Shown here: positions 40,076 to 53,590 of the stretch, one piece after another
How positions within the stretch are numbered: the stretch's first letter is position 1
Layout of the letters: each line of letters starts with the position of its first letter
Origin: Pristiophorus japonicus
Taxonomy: Eukaryota
DNA length: 64,000 nucleotides
Assembly (NCBI RefSeq): GCF_044704955.1
Contig: NC_091999.1
Location: forward strand, 64,666,001-64,730,000
Reading direction: 5' to 3'
Made by a program: the position numbers and the translations under genes
The notes under the pieces: model-generated
The model's input: only the letters and a program-made list of their open reading frames with translations
The model's database searches: none
Told to the model about the DNA's origin: nothing

Positions 40076-41469
40076 TTTGGCACTAACACTGAATTTGCTC
40101 GTATTTACCACCATAATTAGAGCCAACCCTTGCAGCACACATCCGGACCACTAATGTCAAGAACCACATCGGTCCAACGCAATACTGATGCAGAATGTTT
40201 ACGTCTTCTCAAGAACATGCTGACTCTGGTTAGGCTGAGGTACCATGGGCTCTCCCAGTTCTTGAATATCTAATCCCCTAATCATTCTCAGAAAATGCTG
40301 CAAACCTCAGCCGACCAGACAGCATCTAGGAGGGAAACTGATTTAACTTTTCGGGTCTGTGACCTTTCGTCAGAACTGTTTTAACGAAGGTTCACAGACC
40401 TGAAACGTTAATTCTGTTTCTCTCCACAGTTGAACATTTTAACATAAGAAATAGGAGCAGGAGTAGGTCATACGGCCCCTCGAGCCTGTTCCGCCATTTA
40501 ATACCATCATGGCTGATCCACTCATGGACTCAGGTTCTCTTCCCTGCCCGCTTCCCATATGCCTGACCCTCTGAGATTGCCAGCATTATCTGTATTATTT
40601 ACGATTCCAGCATCTGCAGTATATTGCTTTTGTAATCATTTCTCAAGTATGACCCAAGCCGAGAGCATAGTGCAAATGCACCCGACCCCATGGCTAATGG
40701 TAGACATCTTTGTTGCAACAATAATGATACAGTGGACAAGTAGCACTAAACAATTCTGATTTCTGAATGTTGCTCTGTGAATATAATACAAGGACTGTGG
40801 ATATAATTGAACGAGAATCTGGTCTCTTAACCCAATTTTTGGGACTTTTTACCAATATATACAAATGTTTCTTGTACAAGGTGCTTCAGTGGCTGGGAAG
40901 CGCTTTATGGCATCATGAGTAGGTGACTGGCGCAAGTTCTATTACACATCATGAAGTTTACTTCTCCATTCGTTTGTGTACTAATAGAGACTATATTTTA
41001 ATAATATAACAGAATCTAACACATGAATCCATAAATAGTGTCGTTGGAGTTTCACTCCGAATACTGCCTTCACCGCAACACACAGCTGGGGTTCGCCCCG
41101 TTTCACTTATAGACTGACGTTTCTGTATCATAAGGGAACTAAAACAAGGAACTGAATCATTCATTGTGTGTGATTGCCAATAGTTTCTGCTTCCATATCA
41201 GCAACTAAAAATAATAATCTCACAAATCACTGTCCTGAACCTGTTAAAACACAATAGGCTTGCGGTAGACACAGAATAAGATGCTGTCATCAGTCTAAAG
41301 TGTTTCTATGTTCTATCCTTCTCAGCAGGATTACAGTAAGGAGACTTTGGGTTGCTTGGGAATTGCATATTGCAGGTTATTGCTGAGACAGCAGGATCCG
41401 AGCCCAGATCCAGATGGGAGTATCGGGCACAATTTCAAAATGCTCCGATGCGACAACACTTGGAAGTAT

Positions 41470-42365
41470 AGTGAAAAGTGAGGAGGATAGTGATAGTCTT
41501 CAAGGGGATATAGACACGCTGTTGGAATGGGCGTACACATGGCAGATGAAATATAATGCACAAAGTTCCAAGCAATTCATTTGGTAGGAATAACTGGGAG
41601 GGGCAATGCAAACGAAAGGGTTTAATTCTAAAGGGGGTGCATGAACAGTGGTACCTGCGGGTATATGTGAGCAAATCGCTGAAGGTGCAGGACAGGTTGG
41701 TAATTCAGCTAAAAATGTATACCTGATCCTGAGCTTCATAAATAGTGGTAAAGAGGACAAAAGAATGGAAGTAATGATGAACCTGTATAAAGCACTGGTT
41801 CGGCTTCAACTGGAGTATTGTTTCCAATTCTGGGCGCCGCACTTGAGGAAGGATGTGAAGGTCTTAGAGAAGGTTCAGAAAAGATTGACAAGAATGGTTC
41901 CAGGTATGAGGGACTCTAGTCATGTAGATGGATTAGAGAAGCTGGGGCAGTTCTCCGTACAACTGAAAAAGTTGCGAGGAGATTTGATAGAGGTGTTCAA
42001 AATCACGAGGGGTCAAGACAGGGTAAATATGGAGTAATTGTTCCCATTGGCTAAAGGGTCAAGAACCAGAGGACCCATCTTTAAGGTAGCTGAAGAAGAA
42101 CCAAAAGCGACATGAGGAAACACGTGTTTAAACACTGAGTGGTTAGGATCTGGAATGCAATGCTTGAAAGGGTAGTCGATGCAGATTGAATTGTGGCTTT
42201 TTAAAGGGAGTTGGATAAATACGTAAGGAAACAAAATTTCAGGCTACGAGAAACCGACGGGGGAGTGGGACGAGCTGAGGTGCTGGTGCAGAGAGCAGGC
42301 ACTGGATGGACCAGCCCAATGGCCTCCTACTGTACTCTAACAATTCTATTAATCTATGATTCTAT
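41470..42365 (+). mobile_element. CR1 3' fragment
   Basis: LYKALVRLQLEYCFQFWAP, LRGDLIEVFKI. Confidence 0.85.
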
Positions 42366-42904
42366 AGTCCAGTTCCAATTACAACATTTCAGACAGTATT
42401 TGCTCTCAAAGGAGTAGATATTAAAGTCCAATAATTTTGGAGGGAAGTTAGACCTTTGTTAAACGTCTCAGTTCAGCCTGGAAAATTGTTGTGAAAAATG
42501 CAGAACATGTTTGGAAGCTGAATCGAATGCAGCATCACTCAACGAGCGACTAACAGCGGCTCCGACAGTTTTATTGATAGGAAGCGTAGACTAATGACGA
42601 TTCAAAGAGTAGTCACATTGGAAATCAATCAAAGCATCGCAAACACCTCGCTCAATATGCCCACGGACCGACATTTTAAATGCTTCTCGGCACCAGTACT
42701 TGTATTACTCGGCTGTAGGTCATAATCTACCGACACGCTACAGATGGCTGGTCTGGAACCAGCGCTCAGTCACGGCTCAGTTATTTGCATACTGCTATGA
42801 GCAACAAGGTTTTACACCTAAAAGTTTGATCCTAAATCAGTGTTTGTAATTAAAAGCACACAGGTATAACCATTTATTAACGTTTTATTGTCTGCCTATC
42901 AACT

Positions 42905-44340
42905 GATAAACAGGGGTCACAGTCTAAGTATAAGGGGTCGGCCATTTAGGACTGAGATGAGGAGAAACTTCTTCACTCAGAAAGTGGTTAACCTGTGGAA
43001 TTCCCGGCCGCAGAGAGTTGTTGATGCCAGTTCATTGGATATATTCAAAAGGGAGTTAGATATGGTCCTTACGGCCAAAGGGATCAAGGGGTACGGAGAA
43101 ATAGCAGGAAAGGGGCACTGAGGAAATGATCAGCCATGATCTTATTGAATGGCGGTGTCGGCTAGAAGGGCCGGATGGCCTACTCCTGCACCTAGTTTCT
43201 ATGTTTCTATCCAGAGTACAGTATAGGCTAGAAGGGCCGAATGGGTACTCCCGTACCTATTTTCTGTTTCTATGTTTCTATGATCTCACTTCGGTTGAAT
43301 TGATTTGTGTAAAATGTGTTGTAGTCACTGGATTCTTTAGGTGATGCAATACTTGTGACTCATACCGACATAGAAAAGTCAGTCATTATATCAATGGGGT
43401 GCCGGGGGGTTGTGAGGGGAGCGACCCCGCCCGGCGTTGAGCAGTTCAAACCTCTGCAGCTAAATTCGTCAGGTCTGGTCAGCTTTCTTCTGAACCATGC
43501 GACCTTAGTGGGTGGAGATACACGGAAAATAGGAACCAGCGAAAGGTGCAATGTAACGATATCAAAGATTGATCGATAATAAAATGATCGATCCCTGCTT
43601 TGTGACCCTGAAGGCGTGGTCTGGAGAATGCTGTGATACAAATCGGCAATGTTGGAGGTGAATTTTAAAGGCGATGCAAGAGATTTTGGTTTCACACACG
43701 CACACACACATCTGCGGAGTGGCAGGACAGGTTGAGAAATTGTTACTGAAAGCTAGGAGGTCTTTGGTTTTATTAATAGCGGTACAGCATACCAAATCAC
43801 GGAAGTTAGGCTAAATCTTTAAACATTAGCCCTCAGCTGGAGTATTATATCCAATTCCACGCGCCACCCTATATATGAATGATGTCAATCGCTTGAAGAT
43901 GATGGCCAAGAATTTACCAGAATCGGCCCAGGGTTGAAGGAACGCCGTGATTTTTCTTCTTACAGCAACAAAGATTAAAGTGAGATTCAATAGAGCTGTT
44001 CAAAATGATTAGCGTTTTTCATAGGGTAGATGGAGTTCAACTGTTTATACTGGCAGGGGAGTCGGGAAACAGAGGACAAGATTTAAGAAATTTAGCAAAT
44101 GCAAACATGGATAGATGAGGTGGTTTGTTTTTCTGTAGCAAGTTGTTGTGATCTGGAATGTACTGCTTGAAAGGATGGTGGACGCACGTTCAATACTGCC
44201 TCTCTAAAAGGAACTGGGGATATAATTACAAAGGAAACATGTACAATGGGGAAATATCACTGTGGTGGGACAACTGAGCAGCTCTTTCGGAGACGTGGCA
44301 CAGGCCTGTGCTTTGTTATTGCATGGCTCTATTACTATGA
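42905..44340 (+). mobile_element. CR1 3'-end fragments (about 42905-43280 and 43700-44340)
   Basis: RGHSLSIRGRPFRTEMRRNFF and tail; older degenerate copy downstream. Confidence 0.7.
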
Positions 44341-44499
44341 TAAATTAGGTAATGCATGACTTGGCTTATTATAATTGACATGGATTGCCACCCTTGCTTT
44401 TACTGGATTGGTGTAAGGGATAGATAAGTGTAGTGGTTACTGATTTTGAGAATAGTACAAATGTTGTTGGTAATGAAATTAACTACATCAGGCATATGA

Positions 44500-44910
44500 C
44501 AAAGACATTTATATAATCCCTTCTCGAAAGCCCAAATCACTTTAAAACCGCGGGTACATTTGCCGAAATGTTGCGTTATCGGTCACATGGCAGATAACTT
44601 ATGCACAACAAAGTCCCACAAACAGCAAGAAGAGTAAGTAATAATAAATGTGGTCCAGGAATAAAGTATGGCCTGGGTATAGTGGGGGGGGGGGGGGGGC
44701 GGCGCGGGGTGGAGGGGAACTCCCCATGGCTTCTTCCAAACAATGCCATGGAATCTTTTACACCCACCTGAGCAAGCGGACGGGGCCTCGGTTTAACATC
44801 TCATTACAAAGAATGCACTTTGGATAGTGCTGCAGTACTGGAGTGCCAGCCTAGAATATGCGCTTAATTCTCTGATGTTGAACTCGAACCTCTAACTTTC
44901 TGAATCTGAA
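44500..44910 (-). mobile_element. Deu-domain-type SINE
   Basis: GGGGCCTCGGTTTAACATCTCA is the reverse complement of the SINE core. Confidence 0.65.
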
Positions 44911-45549
44911 GTGCATGTACTGCTACTGAACCACGGCTGGCAATTTGCTGCCAATACTTGTCGAGTGCTAACAGTAGAGTTATTCTTTGGGTGGCCCCGC
45001 TTGAAGAAATTGGCCTTTTTATTTGGGTATTCTGTGAAGATTGTGCAGAAAAGATCAATACTATTGCAGAGATATTGTTTTTCGAAGCGTGGTCACGGTT
45101 TTATAGATTTTGTAAAACAAACCATTGTTGGAAGCAGCGTATCGTGCTGTTGCAAGAGCTTAATAAGGGTCCACTGGTATAAAGATTTTATTTATTTACT
45201 TTTTGGTTCAAGGAATGTGGGCATCGCTGGCAGGGCCAGTAGTTATTACTCATCCTGTGGCACCTTCTTGAAACGCGGTCTTTGGTACAACTCACTGACT
45301 CGCTAGTCCAGTTCAGAGATCAGTTAAGAGTCAGCCAAATCTGGAATAGAGTCAAATATAAGCCGGACCTGGAAAGATAGCCCCGACAGGAGGATATTAG
45401 AACTTGGTCTTCGAAGACAATCTGGTAGTTTCATGGTTACAATTACAGTAGTTTCATGGTCATATTTATGTCATATTTATTTAAGTAACTGAATTTAATT
45501 CCCCAGCTATCATTTGGGATTTGAATTTATATCTCCGGGTAATTAGTCC

Positions 45550-46150
45550 AGTTATGGCTGAACTGTATAAGACACTGGTTAGGCCACAGCTGGAGTACTG
45601 TACGCAATTCTGGTCACCACATTACCGGAAGGACGTGATTGCATTGGAGAGAGTACAGAGGAGTTTTACGAGGATGTTGCCGGGAGTGGAGTAGCGATGA
45701 GGACAGATTGGATAGGCTGGGTTTGCTTTCCTTGGAACAGAGGACGCTGAGGGGAGACCTTATTGAGGTGTATAAAATTATCAGGGGCCTGGTTATCGTG
45801 GATAGAAAGGGCCTAGTTCCCTTAGCAGAGGGGTCAACAGCCAGGCGACATATATTTACAATAATTGGTAGAGGTTTAGAGGGGATTTGAGGGGAAATGT
45901 CTTCACCCAGATGGTGGTGGGGGTCTGGAACTCACTGCCTGAAAGGGTGGCGGAGGCAGAAACCCTCACCACATTTAAAAAGTACCTGGATGTGCACCTG
46001 AAGTGCTGTAACCCACAGGGCTACGGACCAAGAGCTGGAATGTGGGATTCAGCTGGATAGCCTCTTCTTGGCTAGGGCGGACACGATGGGCCAAAATGTT
46101 CTCCTTTCGTGCTGTAAACCTCCATGATTTTATGATTCTAGGATTCTATG
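45550..46150 (+). mobile_element. CR1 3' fragment
   Basis: LRGDLIEVYKIIRGL; TATGATTCTA tail. Confidence 0.85.
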
Positions 46151-47559
46151 CTCGCCGAAAACCCTGCAGTATGATGATCATGGGCTGCGGCTGCTACAAT
46201 CTGGGGACCCTTCCCTCCCCACCAACTCTGAACAGGTCAGTGCACTCTCGCACCATCACCGAGCGCCTCTCGCTCTAATAATTGATACTATATGTAGCTC
46301 TGTACAAACCCACTGCATCCACCTGGAAGTATTGTGGACCTAATACATAGTCTATGTATGAAACACCTTCAAATGAAAACGTCTTCAATTATACAATATT
46401 GTACGTAAATGTGTAGGTAACTTGTATCTCCAGGCTGTACATCAGCACAATTCTTGTTACCATCGCTGAGACTGTATTATTAGGATAGAGTTCTCGCAGA
46501 AGTTGTAAAGTAGATATATTTGTCAGTGATTTGCTCACTGAGGGTGTCACATGAATACTTCCAGGTGGCCACTTTATAAAATTATATATTGAAATATCTC
46601 TTTAATGATGCAGATATTATGAGAAATAACTAGTGTTTCAGTGCAGCGGATAAATCTCTAACCTTCTCCCGTGTATGTCCACCTTTCACTGGGCCTAAGT
46701 GTAACGTGTTTTCAGAAAACCCTGCAGCAGTGCAGCACTCTCTCAGTATTGTGACAGTTAGATGAAAAGTCCAATTTCAGAAAGTGGCATCAGTCATACA
46801 AACATACAAGTAATGACGGAGGGGTAGATACTATCAGGTCCATCGTGCTTGTCCCACACAACTGCGGCACCTTATCATCACAATATTAAATTCTCCACCC
46901 CACCAGAAACCATGTGACCTCCTGCGAGAGGCAAACAAAAGAAAAAAACACTCTGCTGTTGGGGAACAAATCCGGGAAATTAATCTCCGACCCATCCAGG
47001 CGAGAGTAAATTAGTCCAGCAGAGCATTCTAACCCTGAACTCCCTGCAGTACCTGCCTTCGGTAAGGTGTTCTCCATCACAGGCAGAGAGAGGTCCAGCT
47101 GTCCCTCAAAGAAATTTAGTGAGTCTGCATCCCTCAGATGAAACGGCAGATTGTTCCAGAGGTCCATTATACTCTGGGAAAAGAACCACCTTCAAACATC
47201 TACCCTAGTGCTAGCCTTATACAACTTAATCTTGTGACCACTGGGTTTGCATTAGTCTGGGACAGGTGCTGGTGGGGGAAGCTCAGGTTCTGTCGAGGGC
47301 AGTATCTGGTGAGAGAATGTGTGGTTCATGCTGCTTCAATCTGGGAAAAGGTCTGGTGTGGTAGGGTATGGTTCAGTCTGAGAGAAGTGCTGCTGACACA
47401 GGCTTTCGTTCAGTGTGGACCAGGGTCTGCTGAGGGGGGGTCTGATTCATTCTGGTTCAGCTTGGGACTGTGGCTTGTGAGGCAGGGTCTGGTTCATTCT
47501 GGGACAGGGCCTGGTCAGTGGGGATCTCCTTCAATCTGGTTCAGTCTGTGACAGTAGCT

Positions 47560-48140
47560 GTTGAGGGAGGGTCTGGGTCACTCTGGGACCGGGGCCGGTG
47601 AGGGAGAGACTGAGTCACTCTGGGACAGGGGTAGGTGAGGGAGGGTCTGGGATAGTGGCTGTTGAGGGAAGGTCTGGGTCACTCTGGTTTGGGGTAGGTG
47701 AGGGAGGGTCTGGGACAGGGGCCGGAGAGGGAGGGTCTGGGTCACTCTGGGACAGGGGTAGGTGAGGGAAGGTCTGGTTCACTCTGGGACCGGGGTAGGT
47801 GAGGGAGGGTCTGGGACAGTGGCTGTTGAGGGAGGGTCTGGGTCAATCTGGGACCGGGGCTAGTGAGGGAGAGTCTGCGTCACTCTGGGACTGGGGTAGG
47901 TGAGGGAGGGTCTTGGACAGGGGCCGGTGAGGGAGGGTCTGGGTCACTCTGGGACCTGGGCCGGTGAGGGAGAGTCTGGGTCACTCTGGGACATGAGTAG
48001 GTGAGGGAGGGTCTGGGACAGGGGCCGGTGATGGAGGGTCTGGGTCACTCTGCGACAGGGGTTAGTATGGGGTCCTGATTCAGTTCGGTTCACTGTGGGA
48101 CAGGTCTGGTGTGGAAAGGACTGGTTCACTCTGGGACAGG
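47560..48140. repeat. G-rich degenerate minisatellite (unit about 37 bp, GTGAGGGAGGGTCTGGGTCACTCTGGGACAGGGGCCG)
   Basis: Visible tandem repetition; more degenerate copies extend back to about 47270. Confidence 0.9.
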
Positions 48141-50069
48141 AGCTGGTGACGGACGGTTTGGTTGAACCTGGGTGAATGGCCGCCGAGAGAGATCAAGTTT
48201 ATGAATTGTGGTGGGAATTGCAAATGACCGCTGTTTCATTATGCAGCCAGCCAGAGAAAGCATCTTCGGCTGTGGACAGTGGCAATGGAGAAATGTAACT
48301 CACTGCAGCTCAGTGTGACAGTGCTGCTAGCCTGCAGAGTCCTGGGATGGGAAAGGGATTGCTTCACTTGTGTGCAGACCCAATGTCTCAGGTATGTTGG
48401 CCAAAGCTTTGGTTTCTGTGATAGGATGGGGCTGCTAATCCCTTCGGAGTCAAAGTGTCTGCTGCCCAAGGACGATTGCCCTGATCTGTGGGGTTTGCGG
48501 TGAGAGGGGGACTGGTTATCTGCTGGGCCCATACAATGTGGTCTCTGTGGCTTCCCAGACTGCAGCCGCGAATGGGTGGATTCAGAACCAATCAGATCCA
48601 GAGTTCATGACAAAAAGTTGTGGAGCAGATTCCCACCTTGCTGCGCTCCCTCCAACAATGTCCTCCCCAGGGTGGTGGCAGTTTGCGCCTTGCCCACAGG
48701 CTGCAGACTATTCACTTTGTACCTCAGGGAGGGGGCAGTTTTTGATTTCCCTGTGGGCTGGGATATGTGCAGTGTACTAATGTGACTTTTCCCCAGGGAG
48801 GGATAGTTTGTGATGTCCCTGTGGGGTACATTTTTTCAGTGTGTGACCCTAATCTGCTCTAGGAAGGGGGACGTTTGCGATGTGTCTGTGGGCTGCAGTA
48901 TGTTCAGTGTTCAATCCTGATTGTCCCAGTGAGACTACATTGTAAGATTACATTGGAAGTCCCTTTGGTCTATCTATTCAATGCTTTGAAGCTGGCACCA
49001 TATTGATAACGGTTATGATTTTATTTAAGTATAAGCGAGAATTAACACGCTCAGTAGTTGAGCACGAGTTTTCAAAGTACAAATGAGAATTATATTACCC
49101 ATTATGGTTCTTTGGGTAGCAGGAGATCATATTCCTGCTACTGGCATACGCGTCTGCACCTGTCCGGATCGGTGCCCTTCCTGACCCTTCCACGCTGAGA
49201 ATTACCTAAGTTCACTCAGATATACTCCACGAACTGGAACCACGGGAAAATCCTTCCAATCGTGTATCGCCTTTGCACTAAATTCTACCCAATCAAGAGC
49301 CTGGGAACCTCTGTCTCAAGGCACGGGTCTTGGGACTTCTTATCTGCAATCTCAGTACAGGGCTATGAGGAGAGAGGGGGGCAGTGGGATTATTTTGGGC
49401 ATGATAATGGGCTATGTGGGGAGAGTGTAACAGTGGGATTGCTTTGGGAATTATACAGGACTCTGGGGAGAGAGCGGGTCAGTGGGATTATTCTGCGATT
49501 GATACAAATTTGTGGGATGTAACAGGCCAGAAGGATTATTTTGTGATTAGTGCTGAGGTCTCGGGATGGTGCGGGCCGGCCATATTTCCAAATGCAACGT
49601 TTGAACATTTTTCACTGTAGAGACAAACAGAAATAACATTTCTGGACAACGTTGAGTTTCGACACATGTCTGCGATAATTAATGGTTTCTCAGCTAGTTC
49701 CCTGTTTTGCTGAACACTGAGTAACCATACCAACTGTTCACCAACGCTATCAGGAGCCGTCAGCTTTCCTGAGCAGTGTTAGCGATTTCATCAAGAACTC
49801 TCTGCACCATCTAGGAAACGATTTATCATTCTCTGCCAATCGCTGACATTTAACGGTCAAAATGTGTGTGATTACAATGGGTCAGAAAAGGTTTCACAAA
49901 ATCGGCCCTGACAAATGTGGACGATGTGAATTTAACTACATGTTATGAAAAATATGTGCACTAGATCTATCCATGTCGAAAACCGCTATCCCCAATCTAT
50001 CCCAATGCTGCCACTGGCACACTCGAGCTTGTATTTTCCTGAATCATTGCTGCCCTCTCCAGTTTGCCA

Positions 50070-50160
50070 TCTTTACTCAAGGTGGGGTGTGCTCTACACT
50101 GGGGAGACCAGAGGCACAACAGGGCAACGCTTTAACCAACACAACCTTTTGTCACATTTA
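50070..50160 (+). mobile_element. Penelope-like GIY-YIG endonuclease fragment
   Basis: YSRWGVLYTGETRGTTGQRFNQH resembles the YIGET...RFxEH motif. Penelope-type CCAGCATCTGCAGTA ends also occur at about 58-75 and 40606-40625. Confidence 0.5.
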
Positions 50161-50259
50161 CTGCTCTGTGTTTCAACACTTGAAACGGCCCACAGCGTTA
50201 TACCATATATTAGCGGAGGCACAAGGACAGACCTGTCAACACTGGATTTTAATCATAAA

Positions 50260-51285
50260 GGTGGATGGATGTTTCTGGACTGGAAGGCTGTAGCCAATGG
50301 GGTTCTGCAGGATTCAATGCTGGGTCCCTTGCTTTTTCCGGAATATATCAATGACTTGGACTTGAATGTTGTGGTATGATAAGAAGTTTACAGATGACAC
50401 TAAAATAGACTGTGTGGTTGATACTGGGTAAGAAAGCTGCGATCTATATGAAGATATCAATCTAATGGTCAGGTGGGTTGAACATTGGAAATATAATTCA
50501 ATCCGGGTAACTGTGATGTAATACATTTGGGGAGGGATAACATTAAATGGTAGGACACTGAGTAGTGTAGAGGAACAAAGGGACCTTGGAGTGCATGTCC
50601 ACAAACCCCTGAAGGTGGCAGGCCAGCTATATAAGGTAGTTAATAAGGCATATGGAATTTATTACTCGAGACATGGAATACAAGAGCAGGGAATTATGGT
50701 TGAACTGTATAAAATATTCGATGGGCCGCAGCTGGCGAACTGTACCCATTTCTGGTCACCACATTACAGGAAAGATGTGATTGCACTGCAAAGGTTGCAG
50801 AGATTTACAAGAATGTTACCTGGACTGGAGAATTGCAGCTATGAGGAAAGATTGGAGATGCTGGGTCTGTTTTCTTTCGAACAGAGGAGGCTGAGGGGAG
50901 ACCTGATTGAATTGTATAAAATCATGAGGGACCTGGATAGAGTGGATAGGAAGGACCTGTTTCCCTTGGCAGAAGGGTCAACAACCAGGGGGAACACATT
51001 TTAAGTATTTGGGGGGCGGTTTAGAGGGAATATGACGGGAACTTTCTTCACTCAGAGGGTGGTGGGGGTCTGGACCTCTGCCTGAAAGGGTGGTAGAGGC
51101 AGAGACCCTCACCACATTTAAAACATAGTTGGATATGCACCTGAAGTGTCGTAAACTGCAGGGCTACGGATTGAGAGCTGGAAAGTGGGATTAGGCTGGA
51201 TAGCTCTTGATCCGCCAGCACGAACACGATGGGCTGAAATGGCCTCCTTCCATGCTGTAAATTTCTGTGATTCAATGATTCTATG
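50260..51285 (+). mobile_element. CR1 3' fragment
   Basis: GVLQDSMLGPLLF, YINDLD, LRGDLIELYKIMR. Confidence 0.88.
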
Positions 51286-51850
51286 ATAATATTCAATGAA
51301 ACTCAGACAGCAGGCTATTCGTGACTCTTGAAGTGAATTTCATCGTTTGTGATTTAACAATCTGAATGGTTTATTCCAATTAGAACGGCCAGTCGCCTTT
51401 CCCATTCTCTGAGACAATGCGACAGTTATTGTTATTAATAATTATCTCTCCTGCTTTTGGTCCACTGCACCAGCCCAGGCCACAATACGGAAACACCTGC
51501 TGTGAGCTGCAAACTGTAGCTGCACGGTTGATGTGATAAGATTTTAAACAATATTGAGGAACAGTTCTCAATTCTGTACCATAAGTACATTACCATTTCT
51601 TCAGCACTCGAAAAGGTATGACGGTTATTTTTTTTACCGTTCTCCTCGTTTTCCTGGACTGAATCATTATGGGCTGCCCCAACTGTGCTGTGTGGTTAGA
51701 GAGGCGGTTGAACCGCTGCATTTGGTCTCGGTGCCCTTGGCTGGTGAGCAATAGCAGCTCTTTGCTGCCTCCTGCTGCCACCACCCTGTGATTGCAGCTG
51801 GTAAACAGCTTACAGCACCACTGGCGGACGAAATGGTTACTGACACTCAC

Positions 51851-51995
51851 CTCCTCCAATCCAGCGTGAGTAATCGGCAATTCATCAGGCACTGGAATCT
51901 TTCGGCGCTTGTGGACACGCACACCAGTGGGGCAAGGTACCCTCAGCAGCAGAAGGATGAATGTTAAGGCGGCACTTGATAGGAACAAGTGATAT
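51851..51995 (-). pseudogene. Probable transmembrane/cytoplasmic exon remnant of the class I-like pseudogene
   Basis: LFLSSAALTFILLLLRVPCPTGVRVHKRRKIPVPDELPITHAGLEE: hydrophobic stretch then basic HKRRK, ending at a strong GTGAGT donor (51850). The 5' end abuts a CR1 tail. Same strand as, and downstream of, alpha1. Confidence 0.45.
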
Positions 51996-52139
51996 TACAC
52001 TGTATTACATAAAATTCACAGCACAGAATTAGGTCATTCGGGCAACGAGCTCGATTTCAGTGTTTATGCTCCACACAAGCCTCCTCCCACCGTTCCTCCT
52101 CTAAACCTATCAACGTATCCCTCTATCCCTCACATCAGC

Positions 52140-52737
52140 AGACGGGGATGGAGTGTAAAAGCAGGGAAGTCTTGCTATAGTTATACAGGGTATTGGTGAG
52201 GCCACACCTGGAATACTGCGTGCAGTTTTGGTTTCCATATTTAAGAAAGGATATAGTTGCTTTGGAGGCAGTTCATAGAAGGTTCACTAGGTTGATTCCG
52301 GGGATGAGGGAGTTGACTTATGAGGAAAGATTGAGTAGGTTGGGTCTCACTCATTGGAATTCAGAAGAATGAGAGGTGATCGTATCGAAATGTATAACAT
52401 TATGAGGGGGCTTGACAAGGTGGATGCAGATAGGATGTTGCCACTGATGGGGGAGACCAGAACGAGAGGGCATAATCTTAGAATAAGGGGCCGCCCAGTT
52501 GAAACTGAGATGAGAAGCAAATTCTTCTCTCAGAGGGTTGTAAATCTGTGAAATTTGCTGCCTCAGAGAGCTGTGGAAGCTGGGTCATTGAATAAATTGA
52601 AGACAGAGATAGACAGTGTCTTAACCGATAAGGGATTATGGGGAGCGGGCAGGGAAGTGGACCTCAGTCCATGATCGGATCAGCCAAGATGTTAGGCCTA
52701 CACCTGCTCCTAATTCTTATGTTCTTGTGTTCTTATG
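52140..52737 (+). mobile_element. CR1 3' fragment, head-to-head with a minus-strand CR1 tail at about 52000-52135
   Basis: [13 protein letters not shown]; TTCTTATG tail. Confidence 0.88.
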
Positions 52738-53590
52738 TACTGAGGGAGATTTGCACTGTTGGAGGAGCAGTACTGAGGGAGCGCTGCACTGTCGGAAGAG
52801 CAGTACTGAGGGAGCACTGCTCTGTCGGAGGTTCAGTACTGAGGGAGCGCTGCACTGTCGCCGGGGCAATACTGAGGGAGTGCTGCAATGTTGGAGTGGT
52901 GGTATTGAGGGAACTCTGCACTGTTGGAGGGGCGTTATTGAGGGAGTGCTGCACTGTCGGAGCAGCACTATTGAGGGAGCGCTGCACTGTCTTAGGGGCA
53001 GTACTGAGGGAGCGCTGCAGTGTTGGAGGGGCAGTACTGAGGGAGCGCTGCACTGGCGTAGGGGCAGTATTGAGGGAGCGCTGCAGTGACGGAGGGCCGG
53101 TATTGAGTGAGCGCTGCACTGTCGCAGGTGCAGTACTGAGGGAGCCTTGCAGTGTCGGAGGGCCGGTACTGAGGGAGCGCTGCACTCTCACAGGGCCAGT
53201 ACTGAGGGAGCGCTGCAGTATCGGAGGGGCAGTACTGAGTGAGCGCTGCACTGTCGCAGGGTCAGTACTGAGAGAGTTTTGGAATGTCGGACGGGCAGTA
53301 CTGAGTGAGCGCAGCACTGTCGCAGGGGCAGTAATGAGGGAGCGCCGGACTGTTAGAGGGGCAGTACTGAGGGAGCGCCGCACTGTTGGAGGGGCAGTAC
53401 TGAGGGAGCGCCGCACTGTTGGAGGGGCAGTACTGAGGGAGCGCCGCACTGTCGGAGGGGCAGTACTGAAGGAGCGCCGCACCGTCAGAGGGGCAGCACT
53501 GAGGGAACGCCGCACTGCCGGAGGGGCAGTACAGATGGAGCGCCGCACTGTCAGAGGCCCGGTACTGATGGAGCGCTGGACTGTCAAAGA
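52737..53590. repeat. 33-bp minisatellite (about 26 units) derived from a SINE segment
   Basis: Unit GCAGTACTGAGGGAGCGCCGCACTGTCGGAGGG; the last unit runs into the SINE core (GATGCCACCTTTTCGAAT...AGGCCCCGTCTG). Confidence 0.93.

Noticed and set aside
48245-48392. Possible AG...GT-bounded exon on the + strand (similar case at about 46160-46225)
   Set aside because: No recognisable protein similarity in any frame; cannot be supported.
51675-51745. Possible cytoplasmic-tail exon of the class I-like gene (AKGTETKCSGSTASLT)
   Set aside because: Splice phase does not match the TM exon frame and similarity is too weak.
51590-51988. 132-aa ORF as a secreted protein with signal peptide
   Set aside because: Starts at TTG, not ATG, and crosses a strong splice donor; better explained as a TM exon remnant plus intron.
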